This document shows positions 1-10,562 of a stretch of DNA of 64,000 nucleotides, piece by piece. The stretch is taken from the NCBI RefSeq assembly GCF_964204645.1, contig NC_134028.1, positions 3,720,001-3,784,000 on the forward strand, read 5' to 3'. The stretch is from Tubulanus polymorphus. Its lineage: Eukaryota > Animalia > Nemertea. The position numbers were made by a program, and so were the translations under genes. The notes beneath the pieces are model-generated. The model worked only from the letters and a program-made list of their open reading frames with translations. It ran no database searches and was not told the DNA's origin. How positions within the stretch are numbered: position 1 is the first letter of the stretch; each line of letters begins with the position of its first letter.

Positions 1-124
1 GGTGGGATTTGCACATTTTCTGCCCTATTCATGAAAAACGTGTGATTCTGTAAAAAGAGAAGAATTGGTTAATACAAATAAATTACAAGTACTTGTTACA
101 TAGTATTTTACCAATTTAGTTACC

Positions 125-489
125 ATGAATACGCCGCTGTCGGAACCGAACGCTGAATCAGAACCGCAACTGTAAGCTGTTGAAGCACAGGCAGATGCGC
201 TCCCTGAAGTCTCGGACGATGATTTTGATGATGCTGATTGCGCGTCAAGAATATTCTCCATACTGCCGATTCTTGTCATCACTGGAGGCCTGTTGCGTGG
301 TAGGGGTGGTGCAGGAGGATCAGACGACCGACGGCGAACAACTGCATTAGAATGTGCAGTTGGTTCATTGACATTTGATAACGTTTGTCGGCGTGGGGGA
401 AATACTTTGAGGTCACCGGCACTCATTGAAGACGAGTCACCATCTCGATTTCTTTCTGCTTGGTAGTTATACAAATGTGTCTTTTGCAT
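125..489 (-). CDS. Ser/Pro-rich coding exon of an unidentified gene that probably continues past the left edge
   Basis: The ORF 25..555 core MQKTHLY...DSGVFM is low-complexity and contains a PPAPPLPR (SH3-ligand-like) motif. A donor-like ATG|gtaact lies at about 125. The 5' boundary is uncertain. Confidence 0.5.
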
Positions 490-961
490 TGGTGTTAAAG
501 ATAAATTGCTGTCGAATTTCCCCTTGAAAATAGAAAATCCAAACATTTTTAACATATTTGGTACGAATTTTCAAAGAAGTTTCAATATAGAAAGATATAG
601 AAAGATATCTTACAGTGCAAACAACGCCAATACACGCAACCCACATGTTCCTGTCTTTTTCATCCTTCGTCTGAAATCATACAAAGAGTACATGTATGTC
701 GCGACAACATAGCCTACTTGCTGTCACTTTATCCAGGCATATAAATATCATGACTATCCGTTCATACAGAGCCGATGTGAAGATGGTGAAGTCAATAATA
801 TTGTAAAAAATGTATGCGTATGCTTGCTGCATTGGGTGCAACTGAGTTGAATAAAGGTTTCTTAGGTTACCAACTGTCGAATGAATTATAACTGACATGG
901 GCTGATTTATTTACTTCCAAGAATCAGATAATTCGACATGCCGCCAAATCTCAAATGAATA

Positions 962-1477
962 ATGCATGCATTAAATTTAAGCGAAGAACAACAGGAATCA
1001 ATGGCCACATTCAGTCCAACATCGGTGAAATTCGACTTGGGAAAAACATCTCGTGTCAGCATCGGTACTTTGAGACGGCTGAACTTCGACATTTCAAAAA
1101 TTACAGCCGATTACATGAGCATCATTGAACGAACCACAAAGCTTATCGATGGAGCGAGAAATATGCGAGGAGAAGTGATAAAACTGAAAAACGATTATCG
1201 TACAGCGGAATCGAACCTCGAACGGGTATCTAACAAGGGTAAGATAGTGTTTTCAATTGCCAAACAATACCGCATACAGTTAGATGAAACCCTGTACTTG
1301 TCGAGACTCACGAAGAAAATGCGTTCGCTTGGAGACCGCATGGATGCCAAAGCGCTGATTATCCATACTGACGACTTACAGCAGATTGCAGAAATCTATA
1401 AAGACGTGGATTTGGACAAACACGAAATGGATCGCATTGACAAGCATTGGAAAGAATCTATTGATAGACATATCTGA
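962..1477 (+). CDS. 171-aa predicted helical/coiled-coil protein of unknown function
   Basis: Uninterrupted ATG-to-stop ORF in AT-rich DNA, with charged amphipathic composition. No family recognised. Confidence 0.45.
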   Translation: MHALNLSEEQQESMATFSPTSVKFDLGKTSRVSIGTLRRLNFDISKITADYMSIIERTTKLIDGARNMRGEVIKLKNDYRTAESNLERVSNKGKIVFSIAKQYRIQLDETLYLSRLTKKMRSLGDRMDAKALIIHTDDLQQIAEIYKDVDLDKHEMDRIDKHWKESIDRHI

Positions 1478-2200
1478 TGTACTGAACCCCAACTTAATCT
1501 AAAGTATTCATACGTCACAATGTCATACGTATATACAAAAATGAAGCTGTCTTGATGGCAAACCAGTAACTTACATACCATTTTACCAGAAATCCCATCA
1601 TTATACTATGTTTAGCAGGGGCCCGTTTCATTTATTCGGCAAAGGTTTTTACTATCACATTTAATTCCCTGAACTCACCCTGAACTTGTTTTTACGCCAA
1701 TATTCGCCACCTTTGTCATCTGTGTGCTCAGTTGTCAATTTGAATTCGAACCATCCTTTTTTGGTAGAAGATTTCACTTGTGAATTCACATTCAACTCAA
1801 GCTGACCGATCTTATGACGAGAGAAGATATATATAGATTATTTTCGGTTTATCTATTAATTTCATGAGCTATCAGAAATATTTCTCTTAAACGTATCAAG
1901 ATAAGCGTATTATGGCAAGATCTAATATTCAATACATATAGTTAGAATACAGTTTGAATACATATAGTTTGAAATACCTTTTCGTCAGAAGTAGAATTTT
2001 TGAAAATATTGAATTCGCCTCTGGAGTTGACCTTAACCCAAATGGCTGACCACTACAAAATAGGATGTCTCAATAACTAATGATAGCTAATTAATAACGA
2101 CGTCTTCTTCATCACAATAGTTTCCATTTAAAAGCCCACCAAAAGAATTCATCTTATGATTCTAAAGACTGTGTCTGGGGGTAGATTTCGGTAAATTGCA

Positions 2201-2310
2201 GGGCCCAGTTTTATACACTGGTATCAACTTTAACCCAGGGGCTAACTTATTTGAAAATGAATTGAGCTAGCCCCGGGATAAAGTAAGTATCAGTCAATAA
2301 AACTGGCCCC
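2201..2310. mobile_element. ~110-bp palindromic MITE-like element (GGGCCCAGTT family), copy A
   Basis: Inverted ends gggcccagttttat...ataaaactggcccc. The central ttgaaaatgaa is shared with the copies at 31.7 kb and 33.8 kb. Confidence 0.65.
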
Positions 2311-5300
2311 ATTTAAGTAATTCAATCACAATGAAATGTATGAAAATCTTTTTTCTATGAAACTATCTCCGAAAAAATATCGAATTCCGCCACTGGTCTT
2401 AATATTCTTACTGCGCATTCGCCTTTAAAGGCCAAATATGATTCTAACCTATATTTTCATTTTTTAAAGAAACTTGTTTTATCGGCCACGAGATATGTAG
2501 ATGTATTGTGACTAAGACTGTGAATATCTTTATACCCAATTAAACTGGTATTTAATGGCCCAAACTGGTGAGCATTTTGTAAAATATCTTATAGCTACGT
2601 AGAAACAATGGAATTCGAAATTGTACTAACTAGATCTTAGAGTAAAATAATCTTTTTCATAATCTATTTTCGTTAATCTCCAATTCATATCTTTATTTAT
2701 AACTATCGATGTTGAAGTCGTTTTGGAGAATATGGCGACGTCCACAATCCCGTTGTAACAGAATATACCATTCAAATTAGTGAGTGATACCATCTTTTTT
2801 GATCAGTCTATATCTTACAGTTTGAATTGTTATACTTAGGCCTATATCAATAAATATGCCTATATTTACCTTCCTTTTGTTCTGATGTTCCAGCCAACTA
2901 GCATGCAGCTCGACACGAGGGCGAGGGTCTTTTGGTTTTTCAGATCTCTCAGGAAGAGTGACATGTGTCATAATCGTGCGCTTTTCTCTGTTTTATATAG
3001 ATTCTGTTTTAATCATTAGAAGTTTAATCCTCGATGATTTCAGCAGTTTGAATATGATCCATTTATCGCAGGTATGCCGTCCATGTCTGTCTACAGGTTG
3101 GTTCTAACTTCCTTATCGCTGATTAGAGACACTTATAAAGAAATCCGGGAAAGTCCTCAATATATTTATATCACCTCGAACAGGATCGAGGTTTTTATTT
3201 TTAGACGCATAAATCGAGTGCGGTATCAAGGAACACGTACGTGACATAATAGCGAAGGAATATTAATTTTTCACATGTCGTCATTTCAACAGTCATGATA
3301 TACTTTACTTAAACGTATAGTTCAATGAAAATAAGACGTAATAGAATATGGACATCAATTCCAAGCAATCTAATGTCAATATCGAGAAGTCTCACAATTA
3401 GGGTGGAAGATACGAAGAAAGATAATGAGAGAAAAATATAAAATATAAAATAATGATGAATTGAGAGTATCCAAGTATGAAAATAACTGATTTACATAGT
3501 AACCAGAATGCAACCACAATTTATAGATTTCGATCAATCTCAGCTCCGTCCTCGGTTTTGTTAAACAATTAAGAGTAAGTTTTGAGAGCGTTTATATTGC
3601 TGCATATGTGGATAAAAATGCGCATAACATACAGTTTATACGGATTTGAATGATTTTAATTTTAAAAGCAACCTCTATATGAACCCCTTTCACTCAGATA
3701 TTCAGTTCACAGAAGTCGTACTAAAAGGTATATCCTGCTCCTATAAAACGTTACGCGCTTTTAAGATGTTCCATTTGAAATATATCATTGCCATGGTTGT
3801 AGCAGTGACTGTGATGGTTGTCCAATTAAATCTGGGTAAGATACAAAACAGTATTTAAGAACTTCGTTTGGGTTAGAATTCGAAGGGATAGAATGTTTTC
3901 AATCTGTTCGTTGTAGTTGAGAATTTTAGTTTGGATGAACAGCGAAATGTGGAAAAACGTAAGTATTGTAACATTTCGTTTTTTCATCGTTCAATTTACT
4001 ACACCTTACAAAAATAACAGTCGTATTTTTTTACTGCGATGTCCGTTTCTTTGCGCTACCAGTGTCGTACTTTTCACGAATCTTTAAACATTTATATACG
4101 TGTTTATAAGTTCTTATTGTGATTACCCTTTTCATCTAGGTTCCTGTTCAAATGCCATCGGGACGTGCAGCGTAGATTGATGTGGAAGTATGAAATATGC
4201 ATTGATTATGTGTAGGAAAACATGTGACTCTTGTAGTTAATGAGGTAAAAAGGCTTCTAAAACGATGCATTCAAGACAGGACAATGAAATATTACCTATA
4301 TACGTATAGAATTGTTTTTCTAATTCTAAAGCCTACGCTCACGGCAAGACATAAATCTGGCCAAACAAATGAAAACAGGGCTTTTCTGGCTGGTTTTGGA
4401 TTGATCGGCTTGTTTGCGCACTAGGAATAAAGGTTACGCAAGCTATACGTAAGCAGGTTTTAGACGATCGTTTCGAATTACCTTTTTTTATATTTTAGAT
4501 TTCCCGTATACTATGTATTGTTATATCGAGGTGTAGTGAACATAGCCTTCTACGAAAATCAAATGGCAATGAAAAATAACCAAAAGAAGAAAAAACTATT
4601 AAATTAAATGGCAATGTAAAATAACCAGATACACCAGATTGAAAGTTTCTTTCTTTGGGGATTTCTTCTAGCTTTAGAGATTTTTCAAGACACATTGTAT
4701 TACTACTCAGGATTCAGTTACGTGGCAGAGTACGTCGTATGCATTCACCGGATAGCAATTTACTGCCTTTTAGGATGTCAACACTAATCCCATTCTATAT
4801 TCATCCTATTTTAATATGGCGAAAATGCAAAAAGACCACCGCTGAGAGTGATGTAACAGCTCGTATGCTATTGACTCAAACATAAACACCAATAAATAAT
4901 GAGGCAATCTTAAACCGATTGATCATATTGATATTAATTGAGTTGCCTCGTTATCTTGTCTGTTGCCCTAGAAATCAAATTCATTGTTCAACACAATTTG
5001 AAGTTTTATCAAATGTTCTGTTTGTTCGAGTTCTGAAGTCCACAATTTCTGTTGCCGTATACCGCTTGGATTTAGATGCTGAAAATTCGTTTGTTTGAGA
5101 GAGCGCTTTGATATTTACTGCAGCCTAGCTACGTGGTTGGTTAAACCGTGGTTGGAAATAATTTTTATAGAGCTAAGGTAGCTGTATACGTGAGACAAAA
5201 CATTGGCGTCGTTATCAAAGTGTCCATGAACCCTTTGGCGAAGTTGTTTTGATGGAAACAATGTTCATTATCTATTGACACGAGTGATCAAATTGAACTC

Positions 5301-5620
5301 AGCTGATTAAGAAAGTGATCAGCTGATTGTCCTCAATCACATGGTCCGGGTGTTGACGCACTGGCCGATAATATAATGTAAGATATAGCGTAGCACTTGG
5401 GGACTAGATAACCACTCGACAAGTCAACTTTCCAATACGCAGCGCCATGATTGAATGACAAAAGGTAAGATCGTTATTTCAAACATAAGAACTTTGAGCA
5501 TATCGTCCTGGTAAAATTGGGTTTACATTTGCAATAAGGTTCGATTATAGAATAGGCGATTGACCATGGTTTCTTACTTCGTATATTGTTTTCAGGCCGT
5601 GAGTGAGAAAATCAACAATC

Positions 5621-6457
5621 ATGCAATATATCGGGTACCTGCATCCGTCTCTTTCCGAGCTCGATTACTATTCGTCGAGTGTAAAGGCTGCAATCGTCGG
5701 TTTATCCACTGCTAGTTTCTTCGCTGTCTACCTCTTGTCCGCCGTATTGGCGCAATGGTCTTGGACGTACAGGAATCTGCGAGCGAAAGAGAAGATATTT
5801 TGGAATCTGACCGTCATGCGTGGCGCATTCGGTATATTCGGCACGTTAGCTGGAATATGGATAACCTGGTTCGACGATGAGCTGTACAAGGATGTAGTCT
5901 TCGGTACAAACGCCACGAGCCATTTCATCTTGCTCGTTTCGGTCGGGTTTTTCGTCATCGAATGCCTGGTGCTGACGTATTCGGACGTTAAATACAACAG
6001 TTTCAACTACATGTTGCATCTTCACCACTGGCTAGCTTTAAGCGGCTATCTTTCCTGCATCGTTTTAAATAGTGCACATTATTTCGCGTGTGTCGCTTTG
6101 ATGTTGGAGATCACGACACCATTTTCGTGTATTTGCTGGACACTTTTGAAATGCGGATTTGCGCGAACGAAGTTGTGGAAGTTGAACCAGTTAGTCCTCG
6201 TCCATCTATTCCACTGCCGTACGCTAATAGAAGCGTTTATTTTCATTCAATCGTGGCGAAACTGGTCGACGATTTGGTCATCGATGCCTTGGTCCAATTT
6301 CCTAATCTTACACGTGGGATTAGTGATAAGCTTCCTGTATTTGACACCTTATTGGACGTACAAGAAAACGACGCAACTCGTAAACCCCGTCGATTGGAAC
6401 TTCGAAGATTCCGATAGAACCAGGGTTATGAACGGCCACGTTTGTAAAGGCGAATAA
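5621..6457 (+). CDS. CLN8: CLN8-like TLC-domain ER membrane protein
   Basis: TLC motifs HHWLAL and LLE-like LMLEITTPF, plus C-terminal PYWTYKKTTQLVNPVDWNF matching the CLN8 signature PYWTHKKTQQLLNPVDWNF. First ATG is 5621. Probable 5'UTR intron 5465(gt)..5595(ag). Confidence 0.9.
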   Translation: MQYIGYLHPSLSELDYYSSSVKAAIVGLSTASFFAVYLLSAVLAQWSWTYRNLRAKEKIFWNLTVMRGAFGIFGTLAGIWITWFDDELYKDVVFGTNATSHFILLVSVGFFVIECLVLTYSDVKYNSFNYMLHLHHWLALSGYLSCIVLNSAHYFACVALMLEITTPFSCICWTLLKCGFARTKLWKLNQLVLVHLFHCRTLIEAFIFIQSWRNWSTIWSSMPWSNFLILHVGLVISFLYLTPYWTYKKTTQLVNPVDWNFEDSDRTRVMNGHVCKGE

Positions 6458-7737
6458 CTTAATACGTCGGACAGTTACTATTTATTTATTAATTTATTAC
6501 TACAAGCATTATGTTTGATATGGTAAATAAATATTGAAGTGATGAATTTATTATTCAGCAGTCTCCTGATATTGTTTATCTGGAGATACTCCTTATACAA
6601 TATCCTCAAAGCAGTGACAGATATAGATTCCAATTGTCTCAAGCAGCACGTCCCATAAATACCGTAATCAAGTGACTGCTGCACGAAGAACTATGTGTAT
6701 ACGTAGTTCACAGATCCGTTCAGTTTGTTTCGATTAAGATTTACGTTGAGGGAGAAATTTCAGAGAGATAGAATTTTCCAACATTCAGTATTTATGGTAC
6801 AAACTACATAGAATAAAACGACTACTCGCACGAAACAAACTAAAATTTCAGACCATGGCTTCGCCAGAATCTGCCGTTAAAACGGTCCGCACAGAGTTGA
6901 CGTTGTTGATGATCACGATGATGAGAATGATGTGGTTGGCCAGAAGAAAGACTGTATCCTGGGCAGCATATTGTCTGTTTAACATCATAAACCTATGATA
7001 ATTATGTAATCGGGGTTATACCATATTATATCATGATCGTCATCACCATCATTCGTCATCATGACTGTCACCTCCTGGCGAGCCTTATCCTGATGTTTCA
7101 TCTTAGTCTATGGTTTCAGACGAAGGAGATTTATACATAATATTTCATAAAATCTCTGTTTATCATACAAATCAAATGACACAGCCGGGTGCCTTGTTAT
7201 TAGCTGTTTAATCAAGGTAATCATCGCGACGTGTGTGGGGATAATTAACCGCACGTTCGTGAGTTTGACCGGCATATTGTGCACGTACTCATCAGCGGTA
7301 CGCGGCTGGGGTCGCAGGGAAACACGTAATTGAGGAACCATCGGATCTGATGGAGGACGTGCTCATTATACTGAGTCGTGGCTTGATAAAGGATCGTTGA
7401 ACCATTTTCACGGATTAAAAAAACAAACTGATGGATATTTTAGATCCGTCTATTCTTTCGTAAGATGAAAGTTAATTCCGTAAGTTGGAGAAACTGTCAT
7501 GTTGAAGATATGAACCACGTTTGCTGTAAGAGGAGGAATACATGCTGTTTTTAACGTTTGCATATGAACAATATTCGTGATATATAATTCCAGTCAAACA
7601 ATGTAATATGATATGCATTTCGTTAACGCGCCTGAATCCAGTACGCGTTTCACAAATATCTTTCAAAACATACAGTTAAACACAATATTACGTATATAAA
7701 CATTTTCGAATTAATGGACGCGAACAACTAACTGATC

Positions 7738-9207
7738 ATGCAACAAAATGAAAGTGACACGATTGACGTCACCGCCTGTAATCGGTCGACGGCGGATAGA
7801 GTCGAATGTGAAGCATGTCGAGTCGCGGGTATCATTGTACTTTTTACCATCGAACTATTTGCTGGTTATCTAAACGGATTATCACTATTAATGCTATCCC
7901 GATACAGTCTCCTCGAGGCGCCACTGACGCTTTACGTGTTCAACATGGTTCTCAGTGATTTTCTGGCTGTGGTTACGGTGTATCCACTTGCTCTGGTAAC
8001 ACTATTCTACGGATCATGGGAGTGGTGGCCTCCGGCACAGATTTGGTATCAACTAGCTTTTCCATTTTTTGGAATCGTGACGTTGAATTCGATGACAGCC
8101 ATAGCCATCGACAGGTAAAAGTTGCATGATGGAATCATCAATTTAAAAATAGAGACGAGCTTGGAAAACTATTTGTTCTTTTTTATTTCTAGATTTCTGA
8201 CGATGACCAAGTCGTATTCGAGCTATTTCCTCAAAAAGCATGGCGTCCGATGGGTCGGAGGAGTTTGGTGTATATCCATTATCATGATGATTCCTAATTT
8301 TTCCACAATCTCGTCGCGGACTCGCACGAACGAGTCTCACTGCGGTCGATCTACGGCAAAAACTGTCCTGGTTTATCCGATTACCTTCCTGTTTTGTAGC
8401 GTGCTGCCCCCTATAGTAACGACGGTCATCTGTTATGGCCGAATCTACTCGGTTGTACGCGTCGTCGCGAACCGCATACGAATAAGTCGGATCTCGTCGG
8501 CATCTAAGACCAGCAATGTCTCGGGAACTAACGATATTGAAAACGCCAAGACGGAAAAGATACTCGCCAAACGGATGATAATAGTAGTAACATTTGTGCT
8601 CGTCAGCTGGCTTCCGTACAGTTTCTTCGAGGTGATAATCGAAGGCTTCGAGATATCGTTGCCGCTTTCCGTCCGCCTGTTGCCTGCGCTTATCGCGAAA
8701 TCCTTCGCCGTCGTCAATCCGTTAATCAACGTCATATTCAATCGTAAATACAAGAAAAAGGTTGTCGACTATATACTATGTCGTTGTAGGCGCAATAACT
8801 CCGTCCAACCGCTTCGGCTTCAACGCATGATGCTTAACACGCCATTCGCCGACGAGCTCGACTTTCCGTTCCCCAAGCAACAAAACGGACCTCTTCGCGT
8901 AGCTTGTACAGGAAACCCGTTTCCAATTCTTGAAACGATTTCCGAGCACCAAGAGAGCAACATGCTGCGCGTAGCGCAATTTCCGATGCGTGCGCAGATA
9001 TTTGGAAAAGCCAAGTTACATTTTAACGCTAAACTTCCATCTCCGTTATCAGACGAAGAAAGACTTCCTGCCGAAGGTTGTGACGACTATAAACTAACCG
9101 CTACCAAAAAACCACCGTTAATAAGACGGAAAGGCGTTATTCTAATGAAGGGGGATTCGGAATCTTTTAATTCGCTCAATTCTCTTCCGAGCTCAAAGAA
9201 AATCTGA
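7738..9207 (+). CDS. Divergent opsin (class A GPCR with Schiff-base Lys), 2 exons: 7738-8114 and 8193-9207, ~463 aa
   Basis: 7TM protein with TM2 NMVLSDFL, DR|F split by a 78-nt GT-AG intron, TM6 SWLPYS, and TM7 PALIAKSFAVVNPLI (K296-equivalent codon 8698-8700) followed by NRKY. Confidence 0.85.
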
Positions 9208-10562
9208 AATCCACGCAGATGATCATCCTGCCTCACTGAGAATAGAAACTATGTGCGGCCAAGACGCATGTAAGACTATTTCTACATTCAACCGGAATAT
9301 TTTCTCGACACAAGTTGGTTGGATATATAGTGAAAGAATGCAAAGTTGGCTTGAAATTTTCAATATAATTTTATTAGTGAAAAAGGTTTTCTGTACAAAG
9401 GTCTCGATATTTTTTTCACATGACCGACAGACAAAATGCACCACGACATGAAGATAGAAAGACACAATGTGACTAATGTATTGAGTGAAAATAACACTCG
9501 AAGCCCTAATATTTTGTTATAATGGGTAACTAAAAATCTGATAAAAGAAATTTCAGTTATGTTTGGCGCATTGGAATATAAGCCTAGTTCAGTCGAAATT
9601 GTTGAACGGAATCGAGAAGAATGTTTGTTAGTAAGATACTTCAGCGTTCGAGTTCACACGGCACTGGAAAGTTTTGGCTCAGGGCAGTACATCGGCAGGG
9701 TTTCGTACCCATCGATGACATCGCGAGACTCTGCCTCGGTACGAAGCTCTGGGGCCTGAATATCCCCGGTGCACGTAGTCAGCTTAGCCGCAGAATGAAA
9801 TAGAGCGGGTAGATGTAAAATAAGGGTAATTTTTTGAAGATCATTCCTGCGGCAGATCGATTTTCTTCCGAATGATTTTAAATACAAGAGTAAGATTCAT
9901 ATGAATTCTATATTTTTGAAGTTGTTTCGTAATCGAGAGTTCTAGAATAGTGTTGTTCATTCGAGAACTCTAGACGTCTTTAGCAATGGATTTGTTTCAG
10001 TCAATCAACCCGCCAGGTGGTGGTGTTGGTCAAAACCAAGAATCTTCCTTCGCGTTGACGGCAAAATGGGTATATTCAGACAGAGAAATTCGTACCGTGG
10101 CAGATTAATTCTGGCGATGTCTTGGATGAAATCCCTAGTGAATGCGAATGTATATGCTGATCGTATATTGACTACAGGGGACGGGAATGACACGTTGTAT
10201 TCTCATGTCGTTGCTGTTAAACCTACATAAACCAGAGCTAGATTTTGTGTTTGTTTAAATATACATGTTTCACCGTTAATCGTTTCACTTCTCTCATAAA
10301 GTAACTTATTTGCGATCATCGTCGGTTCAATATATGCGATTTTGAATTTCTGCCTTTGATTGACACTGATTATAGTCTATACGTAGCAAGTCAAAGTCAA
10401 TAGTTCAGCGAACTCGCAAATCTGTCGGAATTGACGTCAATAGTCACGACACTAGACGCCAATCGATCTTTCAACGATTCATAATCAATCACAGGCCATT
10501 CTCGTTCATTGAACATGTTGCATAATATTTTTCATACATCATATTTCCTTTCTCATCACGTA

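Noticed and set aside
1617-2395. Possible decayed CAG(G/T)GGC-ended MITEs around the first palindrome
   Set aside because: The terminal matches are too degenerate to delimit by eye.
5728-6417. Antisense and alternate-frame ORFs over CLN8 (similar ones over the opsin, methyltransferase, ODAD3 and LicD)
   Set aside because: They are shadow ORFs of real coding sequence.
8116-8121. Apparent in-frame stop splitting the opsin (pseudogene or readthrough)
   Set aside because: The stop lies within a canonical 78-nt GT-AG intron.
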